Assembly: GCA_000934665.2 (NCBI GenBank)
Contig: JYFJ02003461.1
Coordinates: 1-41,183 of the forward strand
Direction: 5' to 3'
Origin: Catajapyx aquilonaris
Lineage: Eukaryota
Length of the DNA: 41,183 nt
This document shows positions 10,201 to 21,044 of the stretch, one piece after another (positions within the stretch are counted from its first letter, which is position 1; every line of letters starts with the position of its first letter). The notes beneath the pieces are model-generated. The model saw only the letters and a list, made by a program, of their open reading frames with translations, was not told where the DNA came from and made no database searches. A program made the translations under genes and the position numbers.

Positions 10201-13200
10201 GGGGTATGGAGGCAACTGAAGGGAGGTGCACAGGGCTGTGCCATCTTCAAGCCGGCTTTGTAGATTGTGACTCACCAAATGGAGGTTCAACTTTACATGA
10301 GGCATGGCTCTCAGGGACAATAATTGTGTAATTACGAGTTCCCCAATGCTTATTGGAGGGTATTATGCTGGCTGGTGGGGTAATAATGGCTACTAAATCT
10401 TCCCAGCTCAGCCTGCTTGGCTGCTCCAATTCCTGATCGGATCTGCAACCAGCCACACAATGGTTTTAGCCAGCCACTGCATTGGTGGCAACAAAATAAT
10501 GACTCAGTAGTGCAAAATTGCCAATATGTAAACCCAGCTTCAACAAGTACGTAAAAGGTGCAGTGATATTGGTCTCTTCCTGCACATCATTCAATCCAAC
10601 AGAATATTAGCAAAATAAAAAATACACACTTGGTGGCCCAAGCAACACACACTGGGATACTTTTCCATAAAAATCTTGAGTCCAAATCATACCAAGAACA
10701 GCACATTCAAAGTTATAAGAACAATTGAGGGGTCTGACAAGTAAGATCAAAAACAACCAAGTCCATCAATAGGGGGGTCTAACACAAATACATGCAGCAA
10801 TATTATTATGTATTTTACTGTCACTGGGTATTAATTGCTCTGACCGTATGTAGCTGAACTGCAGCAACATATGGACGCAAAAAGTTTCAAGATGGTAGCA
10901 GTGCAAGTTAAGTAATCTTCGTTTTTGCTCATTTTATGACCAGTTTTTCCAAGTGGCCTTGGCTGTTTTTTATCTCAGACCCTTCAATTACTCTGTTTCA
11001 CATGATTTTCATAATGTGCGTTTTTGTACAGTGTATTGGCAGGAGTATAGGAGGAGGGGGAGGAGAGAGACAACAAACCACTACAGTAGCAGAGTGCACA
11101 AAACAAAGCAATTCCAGTTGTCTGTCCTGAAAATATTGAAAATGCAGAGACCTCTTCCAACCATGTTTGTCTGTTCAAGGGCACCTTATTGTGTTCAGAA
11201 ATGTCGGTTGCACTTCCTGCTTTTGATATTGAAGCAACAGCTCAAAATATAAGCTTGCTAAGACACTCTAGTGCAGCTACATGGCAGGAAATGGAACTGA
11301 TTATGTTAACATTTTAAAAAGTGCTTTTCCCACTCAGAACTGATATTTACCTGGTTACAATCCATTATTTATCACAATATGCAATATCCCAACATTGAAG
11401 CACTATTGCATGTTGCTTGGGCCGTTCCTCTGTTATACTACCAACTATGATAAATCAGTGAAAACAGCTACATGCAGGCAGGTAGGCAGGTAATAGATGG
11501 CAAGGATTATCTACAAAGACAGAGAGTAGAACCTGGCTCTCGTAGGGAAGGAAAGCAATGTTGATCTCCTTCAGGGTCTTGATCTTGCGGGCAGCAGAAG
11601 ACTTGCACACCTCATTAAACAGCTCCTCGGGGCACACTGCACATGTGTCAGAAAATGTGGGGAGGAAAGGTTATAAGAGGTCATAAATGAATATGACAGG
11701 TGAGATGAGACACAGGAAGGCAAGGAGAGGAGTAAGAGAAAAGCTGGCACAAATCACCCCAAATAAACCACACGTTAGCAGTGTACATCTACAGTTCCAT
11801 TTTCCGAGTTAGCCTGTTAGTCAGTCACTTCCACTTCAGTGGCAGCAAACAAGAGACAGGTTAGTATGTTTAGTACATGACAAAAGCACCCAAAGCACCA
11901 ATGCCACTTCAAAAACCAATTCCAAGCCTCTGTAAACCATTAAATGAATCAATTGATGCTTGTACCTTTGACTCGTAGGGGATGAAGGCAATGTTAATCT
12001 CCACTATGCTTCGGATGAACTTGGACACTCGCGCCTTGCACAGCTCCCCAAATAATGCATCAGGACAAGCTGCAAATTCCCTCTGCAGCTTTATTATTGG
12101 ATTCAATTCACACCCAACCAATCCCCTCCACTATTAACCTTATTGAAAAATATCAAAGTGTATGCCCCACATCCTCTTCCCTAAATTCCCAATTTCAGGT
12201 CTTACAAAATATCTTGCTTGTATTAATGTCATTCCAACAAATATACGGAAGCTTCATTTATTGAAAAAAGTTTTAGTTGCATGGAACACATCACATGATT
12301 GTCAAGTAATGGTAAATCCTCCAAACCCCATATCTAAGTCACCTGACAAATTTAAAACTATTAACCCAGATATGCCTGAATTATTTTTTTGTTAAATTTT
12401 TACATATTTTTCTTTTCATGAGCAAATCAAGAACAATGACTAACATAAGTGTCCTATATACAGGGTGTTTCTTACTAGTAGGCCAACCTGAAGTCAACAT
12501 ATTCCTCGTCCCAAACCAAGTCTAAAATGTAGGGGGGAGAAATGTTGAGGGAACAACGGTAACGAGGTACACAACCCACAACATTGGCCTACCCCTAAAC
12601 ACATGTGCAACACACAACACCTCTTCGTAGGGAGATCCCCTGGCAGATGGAATAGCGCCCCTTACAGTGGTTGCCTAGGGAGCAGGATATGACTGTGATA
12701 ATCACTTATGTGAAGAGGTGATCTCGCAAAATCTCAACAGTCATGATTATCACGTTCATATCCTTCTCCCTACGCAACCACAGTAAGGCGTGCATACTGA
12801 AGCAGGTTGGCATAGTGGATAAGGCGTCCGACTGCTAATCGGGAGGTCCTGGGTTCGAATCTCGGGGCCGGCAACCCTGGCCGTGGTTTTCTGTGGTTTT
12901 CCACGGTCTTCCTAGGATAATTCCGGGGTCGCTTCCGTATAATAGGCCACAGCCGCTTCCTTCCTTCCCTATCCTTGGAGGTTGAAAGGCAATGCTGGGC
13001 CAACCTCCTTAAATATCAATTATAAAGTAAGGCGTGCGAGTCCATCTACCAGGGGATCTCATTGCAAAGAGGCGTCATGTGTTGCACACATGTTTAGGGG
13101 TAGGCCAATATTTCGGGTTGTCTACCTCGTTACCGGTTGGTCCCTTGACATTTCTCCCCCTGCATTTTAGACTTGGTTTGGGCCAAGGAATATGCTGACA

Positions 13201-15250
13201 TTGGGTTGACCTACTAGTAAGAAACAGACTGTGTAGTACACCAGGCATATCTGGGTTAATGCTCTTTTCACACATTTGAAGTTGCAGACAGGGAAGAAGT
13301 GTCCACATGATCCCCACACAAATAATCCCATTATAGGTACGTCACTTGATGGTAGTAGTTTTAGAGTCACAGGTTCAGTAAACATTTATGTCTCAAATTT
13401 TGACTGTGTATGTCTCTAGAATTTCAACACCAATGTTAGACTAGACCTTTTCATTTCAAAATGCCTGCCTATAATGACTTCTGCCTTCATTTTGATCACC
13501 ATCAGCCAAAAACGATGGACAAGTGTCCTGGTTAGATATCTCATAAGGTTTGAAAAATAGCATTGATACTGATTCTGCCATACAAATATGTGTTGAAAAA
13601 CAAATGTGACAAATAATCACAATTCTGTGCTCCCAATCCTCCATTACTACCATAGTACTGTATCAAGAAAGGAAACATTCTATAATCCCATCCAAATCAA
13701 ACAGACAGGAAGTGTTGTAGGATTGGTTTCAGCTCGTACCACAAAAAAAAAACCAAAAACCCCCTGCATCCTGAAAATCTCTTGGCAAAACCACCAACTC
13801 CATCTACTGGATGCGGGGGATGTCACAACTTTTACATCTAACATTGTTGGGAATAACTTCCCGAAAAATTATTGCAAAAGGAGCCAAACTGATCCTGCAA
13901 CATATTTCCGTTGTGCAGTCACCATTGTGAAGTAGAGCATAACATAATAGCCTTAGAGCCAATATTTTGAGGCAGTCCTGACTCATTGTCACATTTTAAT
14001 CCCACCCCATATTCTGCCATCCCAAGGTAAATCACCCTAACTGCAAAACTAGTAAGGGTGAAATTCGCATGCATGCCCTGCCCTAATCCCCCCCTGACTC
14101 AGAGGGGATTAGTGCAGGACATGCGCACAACCTTCACCCTTACTAGTTTTGCAGTTAGGGTGTTTTACCTTGGGACGGCAGATATGGGCTTTTACAAAGT
14201 TGATACAAGTTCAACTTCATCTGCACGTAATGAGAAATATAAATTTCTGAGAAAAGCCAAGGTGATGCAAATGCATATTGCTCTTATTTGCTTTTCACAC
14301 ACCAGTAAGGACCTAAATTTCCTACATTACTTTCACACTGAATGTATGCGAGTTAACATTAATGTAATGAACTCACCCTCAGTGAAGTAGACGTGTGCCG
14401 CCTTGTATGACGTGCGGTTTGGTGAGTAGAAGTCATTGACAAGTGCTTTGACTGATTTTTCTGAAGGGGTGATGAGGTACACAGCCTCAATGGTGGAAAG
14501 AGGCTCCCTTTTCTTGCTAATGTCCTCTACTAGGGTAATCCCCTCAGCTGAAATCTCGTGCATTTTGCAGCAAGCTGACACCATGCGCATTGCCAATTGG
14601 TCCACCACCAATACACGCCAGTCCATCGCCTGACCTTTTTTCTTCGTACGGATTACCTCATTCATGATCTCTGTAACAAGACAGGATGATTACCAGGCAT
14701 ACTTGAGTACACAAATGCTGGGTTCACAGTGACAACCAACAATAGGATTGTTTCCACTGTTCAGGGAGCATGTTCCTGGGAATGTGATTGAGCAGTCAGA
14801 ACAGTTATGCCCAAGTCAGTTCACCTGAGTAACCTGAAGAGCTGGGCAGCTCACCCTCCCTGTCTTTGGCATGGGGTGAGAGAGAGAGGCAAGGCAGTTG
14901 GGATTAGGGCTGGGTTACTTCCCCCAACTGACACGAGTATTTTTGATCATGAATAGAGCCTCATACAACAAGTATGGCAGTGAAAAGGGTGAAGCACTTG
15001 CAATTTTTAAAAACCAACTAAAATTGCTACCTGGGGCCCACCACCACACCAACTCCTGAGGTGGTGTGTTGTGGGGAGAGTGGAGATGAAAAGGTTGGAA
15101 TGGATACTCTTGCCTGGGTAAAGAAAGCTGCATGAACAGTGGGAACATGGGTTAATGCATCAAAAAAACTCTTAAGCTTAATTTAAATTATTAACCTTTC
15201 TTATGTAGCATACCCACTGAATCGGCAAATAACATCTCTTGACGCGAATC

Positions 15251-15333
<83 letters not shown>

Positions 15334-18300
15334 CAGGTAGTGCTTGACCTCTTTACAAGGTATGTAGCACGGACCTTTATTAACCTTTTGTGTCAATCTG
15401 TACATTTGGAACCCTTTACAAAGTGCACCCAAGTCGAAGCCAGAGATGACCCCAAACTCTGCACGAGATGGAGGAGGGAAATGCCCGAGCCTGGGACCAT
15501 TATTTTGTGAGCGCGTATGTTACCTCAGTGCCACTCCGCCTCCCTAACATGAGTCGATTATACAGGGTGTAAATGAATTCAATCGACAAACTTGTAGGGG
15601 TAATAGAGGGGACCAAGACAAGTATTTTTGACATAGGAATCCGTGTCCAGAAACGCCATCTAGAGGGGGTTCATAGACAAGGAACGGGTGCACTCAGACG
15701 CTCCACGCGGGAGGCGCTAGGCGAGCGGACCGTTTTGTTGATAGATGGCGCTCGGATAGTAAACATAGGTGAGATGTGCCATAACCTGGCAACAACAGAG
15801 CCATCTAGCAACTAAAGTACGCCTCCTAGGAGACGCGTGGAGAGTAAACAAAGGTTCTGTTGTTGTCATGTTATGGCGTATCACGTCGTTGTTTGCTTAC
15901 GATGACGCGATATGCCATAACCTGGCAACAACTGCGCATCCTCTATCAACAAAACAGTCCGCTTGCCTAGCTCCTCTCGCCTGACGCGTCTGAGCGCACC
16001 CGTTCCTTGTCTATGAACCCCCTCTAGATGGCGTTTCCGGACACGGGTTCCTATGTCAAAAATACTTGTCTTGGTCCCCTCTATTACCCCTACAAGTTTG
16101 TCGATTGAATTCATTTACACCCTGTATTCCTCAGTGTTTACAACTGCAGCATCTGTTTCGCTCAATAATTTCTTCATACCAAACTATGTATTTTTAACCA
16201 GACATTCCAATAGTCACATTAGCAGGCTCTTGAAAACATTGGCTTCTAATATCAAGTTGAAAAAAAGCATTTATTCAGGTGCTGAATCGTAATGAATTTC
16301 TGAGTTTATGACACTGAAAGTCATGTGTTTTGACCCATTTGCATCGCAGTCAAGGGCTGAACCCATTTTTCTGCAGGTTAGCCCCTCCACATTGCTTTAA
16401 AAAAATACATATCTATTCCATATAATAATAGCAGCCAATACTTATGTTCCTAAAAGTAAGTCCTTAAAATTAACTGTTCAATAAGGTGCTTAGGATGAAA
16501 AAAAAACTAACTGAAGTGGGCACCTCAATTGGAGCACACCATAGGCCCTACATGATTTCAGAATACCTGCCCATGTGCAAATAGCACAGCAGCTGCACCC
16601 CATTCTCTGCCCAGGGCCAGAAGAAAAGGTCTCGCATAAGGACTGTCCAAAATGACTAGAAACTATAACAGCGCCCTCCCTTGGGAACCTCCCCCCTCCC
16701 CAAGCGCCTATGAATCAAGGTGTTGCAGCAGAACAAGCTCCTCTGGATGAGTTAATGTATGCATTTAAATGAAGATCCATGCTATACCTCATGTGAGGTC
16801 CGCACTACCCAATAGTACAGCAGCAGAATGGGAAACAAGACACTGACAACAATACCTTTCAACAATCAAAATAACAATAAATAACTAGCTACACATCAGT
16901 ACCCAAGTTCATTACTAAGTCTATAAAATCCTCCTGAATAGATAAAAATTTCCTGCCCAAATTTTGCAATTTCACTGTCACAGCAGAACTACTGTCACAA
17001 CAGAACTACTGTCACAACAGAACTACTGCCAGGACAATTTCACACCAAACCCAGTTGCTGCTTGAAAAAAGGTAATGTACAGGTAGGAAAGTGCTCCATA
17101 AGGGAAGTGAAAAACAGAAATACCTTTTCATACAGATCTCATAATAATTATGGACCTCTCAAAAATTTGATTGCGATCCAAACAAGTATTCTTTTCAAAA
17201 TGAACTTTACTGAATATGAAGGTCTTGATGCTACTGAGAGGTTAATGACATGCTAAGATTACATCACAAGCTGATATAAAATATTTTGCACAACCACAGA
17301 TAAGAATGAATACCCCATATCTGATCAGCACTGACAATTCGTAGGACAAATTACACCTCCCCAAAAAGTTTCTCAATATCCTATTCCATATACCCCTCTG
17401 AGATATTTCAGTAGGGTCCTAATTCTGTGACATCTAATTTAATCTGGGCACAAGAAGGTTCTGGCCACTCTGGCTCTCCTCAGTTCAGGTCAAGATGAGG
17501 GTGGTAGGGTAAGGAAAGAGATGCCACTCATTGTTTACCCCAGCAACTAATTCAAACTTGCATCGACAATTCCTGCAAAGTTAATATGGCCCTCATCACT
17601 AATTACAATCAATCACCTCTCTTCTAACTAGATGCTGGAGTAAACAATCCAGCAAAATTCTCCTCTTCTTTCCCTAGTACATCATCTTCAACTGGGGACT
17701 TGGACAATGCAACCCTCTTGTCCATTTCCTGCAGCCAGCAACTCGCATGCCCACAGGGATGTTGTGGTTGGGGCGGACGCATGAACCAATCCGAACCATT
17801 CTTTCCACTGCATCTGGGTCCAGAAGGAATTCACAGATCGGCAGTCAGCCACCCGAACCACAACATGCCTGTGGGGCCCTGCCAGCACCAAATTCCAGGC
17901 TGGGGGAGACTTTTATATTCAACAACCATCACCATAAGGCTAGATAGAGAGTTGCAGGGGGCTGCCTGCAGCAATAACATCAACCATAGCAACAAGGCAT
18001 GATGCCGCATTTCAAGTAACTTGTGGGGATCATATTTATGTATTATTTAGGCCTTTTAGGGCATATAATAGTATTATGTTTACCTTAAATTATGTGTATA
18101 GTGCAGAAAACTAAACAACGATCTGATGTCATCATCACACAACAATATGAGTAAACCGTGTCAACAAAAAGAACATTGTTTACTCCTATTGTTGCATGAG
18201 AACAAAATGATTACTTCAGACCGTTTGTTTTCCGCACAGTATTTGCTGTGTAAGTTAATAAAAGTAGGCATTGTTTAGGATCTGGAAAAGGATTAATTCA

Positions 18301-19231
18301 CTTTCCATTACACCTTATGTGGAAAATTGATTCGGACTTCTAACAATTCAGTGTTCGAATGGTCTCCTGGAATAAATTAAATTCAAAGTACAAGGCACCA
18401 CTCTACTACCTTATTATGCAATTATGTTAGGTTATGTTCCAAATACTGTATTACAATTTTTGGAAGTAGCAGCAGTTATTCCATACTGTAATACATTAAT
18501 TAAACACAAAGCTCCCAATTGAGCATTTATCTCATGACACTATCCCACCATGACTCCCTAAGCATGCCTGATCTTGTATCACAAACACTGGCATTCCCAC
18601 TGATAACAAATCAGGTAAACTGGAAATTGTGCATGATGCTCTGAATCTGTTTGCTTAGTGAGACAATTATATGCTTGGGTTTTCAGGGTCAAGGTTAAAC
18701 TAATAACCATGGGTGGAATGTTTGTCCCGCTGCTAGTTATTGCTAACTTAGCAGTACCAGTGTTGGCAATGGTACTGCTGAGTTAGCAGTAACTAGCAGT
18801 GGGACAGAAATTCTACCCATGTCTGGTACATGCTAAATACAACATTGTTGACATCCAAATTGTCACCTCCTAATAAACGCCCAAGTCACATATTTTTAAA
18901 GAACTCTCAGCTGCAGATCTGGTACCGGTACCCATAAGATTTAGAAGCCACCCAACACAGGGAAACTGACAATGTGTTACATCCCATGGAGTAACTTCAT
19001 CGTGCAATCTGCTGGGACAAGATATGCTGCGGCCAACATGGCATGACATCCCACCCTTATGCTCGGCACAGATGTCATTTATTACTCCACATTGCATACC
19101 ATGCTGTGCAATGCTGATCAAGTAGTACTCATAAGGCTAGGCCTGACTTTCCTGCCCCACCCTTCTTCCTTCTGTATGAAGAAGGCTGAAGTAATGAACT
19201 CACTCTGCCCAACCAAGGCCTTCAACGCCAT
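4228..19231 (-). CDS. Rop: Rop / Munc18-1 / unc-18 (syntaxin-binding protein, Sec1/Munc18 family), spliced CDS of 654 aa: 19204-19231, 14377-14670, (11966-12069 or 11533-11636), 8811-9338, 7326-7928, 6573-6918, 4228-4289
   Basis: All junctions are GT-AG and phase-compatible (28+294+104+528+603+346+62=1965 nt). The translation has Munc18 hallmarks: [26 protein letters not shown], EINIAFx[90 protein letters not shown]. Confidence 0.97.
5494..5740. mobile_element. MITE with 4-bp AATT TSD (Sola1-like)
   Basis: TIR GAAGGGGTCGGTGCAATAC..CCCTAACCC with AATT on both sides. Superfamily inferred from the AWWT TSD. Confidence 0.8.
5753..6363 (-). mobile_element. Internally deleted hAT-like transposon with a decayed transposase C-terminus
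   Basis: TIR TA(A/G)GGAAC(A/G)GATTT(T/C)TAGGTT. Minus strand ~5915-6042 reads [28 protein letters not shown] across frameshifts, like a hAT dimerisation region. Confidence 0.7.
6573..6918 (-). CDS. Rop: Rop coding exon 6
   Basis: Acceptor tacatgcag|GGT, donor G|GTATGT, 346 nt; GNRRKIY...[11 protein letters not shown]...NWEVIL. Confidence 0.96.
7326..7928 (-). CDS. Rop: Rop coding exon 5 (domain 3)
   Basis: Acceptor tatttcag|GCA, donor GAT|GTGAGT, 603 nt; [15 protein letters not shown]...HLGLNVVVD. Confidence 0.96.
8811..9338 (-). CDS. Rop: Rop coding exon 4 (domain 2, contains the Gly/Pro-rich insertion)
   Basis: Acceptor cttttcag|GTG, donor CAG|GTTAGA, 528 nt; VFSLDC...[24 protein letters not shown]...LLHELTFQ. 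Confidence 0.94.
9057..9290 (-). repeat. Coding Gly/Pro/Ala low-complexity tract (GGN/CCN codons; PPGG x3)
   Basis: In frame within Rop exon 4. Confidence 0.9.
11533..11636 (-). CDS. Rop: Rop alternative exon 3B (mutually exclusive): (V)[34 protein letters not shown]
   Basis: Long pyrimidine tract then gtgcag|TG, donor CAG|GTTCTA, 104 nt, phase 1 to phase 0. Confidence 0.93.
11966..12069 (-). CDS. Rop: Rop alternative exon 3A (mutually exclusive): (A)[34 protein letters not shown]
   Basis: Acceptor tttgcag|CT, donor AAG|GTACAA, 104 nt, phase 1 to phase 0, no stops; homologous to exon 3B. Confidence 0.88.
12461..13231. mobile_element. Tc1/mariner-type foldback MITE
   Basis: TA|CAGGGTGTTTCTTACTAGTAGG ... 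CCTACTAGTAAGAAACAGACTG; the inverted arms extend ~240 bp. Confidence 0.8.
12794..13025 (+). mobile_element. tRNA-derived SINE, family C
   Basis: A box TGGCATAGTGG, B box GGTTCGAATC, 12-bp TSD AGTAAGGCGTGC (12782-12793 / 13026-13037), 3' hairpin GGAGGTTG...CAACCTCC. Confidence 0.88.
14006..14188. mobile_element. ~180-bp palindromic MITE
   Basis: CCCATATTCTGCCATCCCAAGGTAAA...TTTTACCTTGGGACGGCAGATATGGG; self-complementary over almost its whole length. Confidence 0.75.
14377..14670 (-). CDS. Rop: Rop coding exon 2 (domain 1)
   Basis: Acceptor ttgttacag|AG, donor G|GTGAGT, 294 nt; [11 protein letters not shown]...AAHVYFTE. Confidence 0.96.
15251..15544 (-). mobile_element. tRNA-derived SINE, family B, with an expanded (ATT)n tail (15251-15332)
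   Basis: Shares CATCTCGTGCAGAGT..GGGTCATCTCTGGCTTC with the copies at 32660 and 38339; internally shortened. Confidence 0.78.
15563..16124. mobile_element. Tc1/mariner-type MITE with long TIRs
   Basis: TA|CAGGGTGTAAATGAATTCAATCGACAAAC...GTTTGTCGATTGAATTCATTTACACCCTG|TA. Confidence 0.92.
16974..17028 (+). repeat. 17-bp tandem repeat, about 3 copies
   Basis: ACTGTCACA(A/G)CAGAACT repeated. Confidence 0.8.
18708..18821. mobile_element. Short palindromic MITE (related copies near 1150-1230 and 32617-33094)
   Basis: CATGGGTGGAAT..GTCCCGCTGCTAGTTA.TGCTAAC mirrored by GTTAGCAGTAACTAGCAGTGGGAC..ATTCTACCCATG. Confidence 0.7.
19204..19231 (-). CDS. Rop: Rop coding exon 1 (MALKALVGQ + phase 1)
   Basis: ACAATG start, 28 nt, donor A|GTGAGT. 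Joins the next exon to give ...VGQKIMNEV, matching the Rop-type N-terminus. Confidence 0.92.
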
Positions 19232-19259
19232 TGTGGATGTTTATGCTAGACTTCCTCCT

Positions 19260-20070
19260 GATGACAAGGACTCCTGGGAGTCCACGGATCGTTCTCGTCC
19301 CTCTCTTGGCTCTGCGACAAATCTTCGGCTGGACTTCGATATCAGTACGGCGGGGGAGGCACAGCTGTCGGGGTGCGGAAGGGACGGGGGCAGAAGTAGG
19401 GTGGGGCGGAAAATAGCCAGAGTAGCACAACGGTTACTCTCCTCTCCTCTACCTAATATGAAGCTGGTACATATGTAGAAGCATGATGCGGCATGATCCA
19501 TGATGTTCGTAACGTATATTTCATATTGAAGTTTTCCATTTTAGGACGGCAATAATTTGTCACACTCTATACTAAATAATAAGAAATTGAACTCAAATCA
19601 ATTTTTAACCTAATCGCGGCTACATGAAAGTAGCTAGTTGATCAAGCTAGGAAGCAGCCAGCGTATCGGTGCAGTAACGTCGACATTTGCTGTTATCGAT
19701 AGCAATAGAGTGAATAGACATGAACCGATACTGCTATTACGTGACGTACTATCGTTGATGACCGTGTTGACGACACACGCACACTTGACGAGAACGACCG
19801 CGACGAGAACTGATTCACTACAATAGCTTCGGGAAACTTCGACAATCAGAGACAGTGCCGGAACTACGACAGAAAGTCGCAGGGGGTTTGGATTGTTGGA
19901 AATAAGTGAAAATATATGCCAATAAACTGCAAGGGCCAGGGGCGGTTTGCACTAATCGCACAAATTATTATTGTGCGCTCAAGTTCCTGGACGTTAGTTC
20001 CTACCACGGTTCCTAACCTTCCATTCGTCTGATCGCACACTGCGGCGGTACGGACTACGGGCAGGAGACA
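19260..20070 (-). promoter_or_regulatory. Probable Rop promoter / 5' UTR: CpG-rich segment with a DRE (TATCGATA, 19694-19701) and an Inr-like TCAGTT (minus strand, 19808-19813)
   Basis: Lies directly upstream of the Rop ATG and is visibly CpG-rich compared with the gene body. Both motifs are exact matches; the TSS is inferred only. Confidence 0.55.
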
Positions 20071-20399
20071 TGTGCTGAAGAAATGCTATCAATTTTTTGC
20101 ACCGAGTCCCCAAAATGATTATTCCGGGCAGTGAATGTGTGGCATTATTACTTTATTAGTAATAATCTCATAATTGCCTTCATAAATGCCCCAGTACTTA
20201 AATGCATGTCTTCAACAGTATAATGATGTATTATATTGATTGCTACATATAAAAACACAATTAATAATAAAATGAATCACAATGACCACCACCTCAGTAA
20301 CACACACCTGAACATCCAGTGCTGAAAGTCAGCGTCATATCTGTATAATTATATTGGTCTTGTTCCCTGCATTAAGGCTCCTCAACAAAAAAAAAATAA

Positions 20400-20986
20400 A
20401 AAAATGCAAGGATGAGTCAGTCGAAGATCATGGTGATGTTGGTTGTGTTCAGTTGTGTTTTTTGATTGAAAAGGCATTATCAATTATGAATTTGTAGGCT
20501 TACATACCATATGTGGTCAGATGGTAAACAAACAGTTGCACCAGGAAGTTTTAGCGCATTTGAGGGATGTTATGTGCAGAAAGAGACCTGGAATTGTAAG
20601 AAAGACAGACTTGGATTGTACCCTATGACAATGATGCACTGGTTCACGTGTTGCTCCTTGTCCGCAGTTCTCAGGCAAAACCCAGCATACATCTGATGTG
20701 CCTATCCACCTGATAGTCTGGACCTAGTCTGAGCAAACTTTTTCATGTTTCATAAACTTAAAACCACTTTGAAAGGACGTAATTTCCAAACCATGGAGGA
20801 GATTCAGGAAAATGCGATAAGAGCACTGCACACCATCACAGAAAGCGCATTCCAACAATGGAAAAAGTTGGGAACAATGTATCATCAGTAGAGGGAACAA
20901 CTTTGAAGGGGACAGTGCTTAAATGCTGTAAAATTAGCAATATAGTCTTTATATAAAAAGTTTGGTCTCTTTTTCAACACCCCTTG
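20400..20986 (+). mobile_element. Decayed mariner transposase, 3' half plus right end
   Basis: Frameshifted peptides such as MVNKQLHQEVLAHLRDV, PPDSLDLV (YSPDLAP-like), KLKTTLKGRNFQTMEEIQENA and RGNNFEGD; ends CAACACCCTTG|TA. Confidence 0.85.
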
Positions 20987-21044
20987 TATAAACACACTTC
21001 AATTGACATGGTGTTTGCGTATAAGTAGTATGGTAGCTAAAGTA

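Larger units (their letters stand above)
12365..13255. mobile_element. piggyBac-type MITE hosting two nested insertions
   Basis: TTAA|CCCAGATATGCCTG ... CAGGCATATCTGGG|TTAA. Confidence 0.85.

Noticed and set aside
15250..15432. Poly-Tyr and poly-Ile ORFs (also 33954-34172 and 38564-38755)
   Set aside because: Translations of (ATT)n microsatellites or SINE tails.
19900..20400. Divergent Ras64B-like gene as in Drosophila
   Set aside because: No GTPase motifs on the plus strand; the region leads into a mariner remnant.
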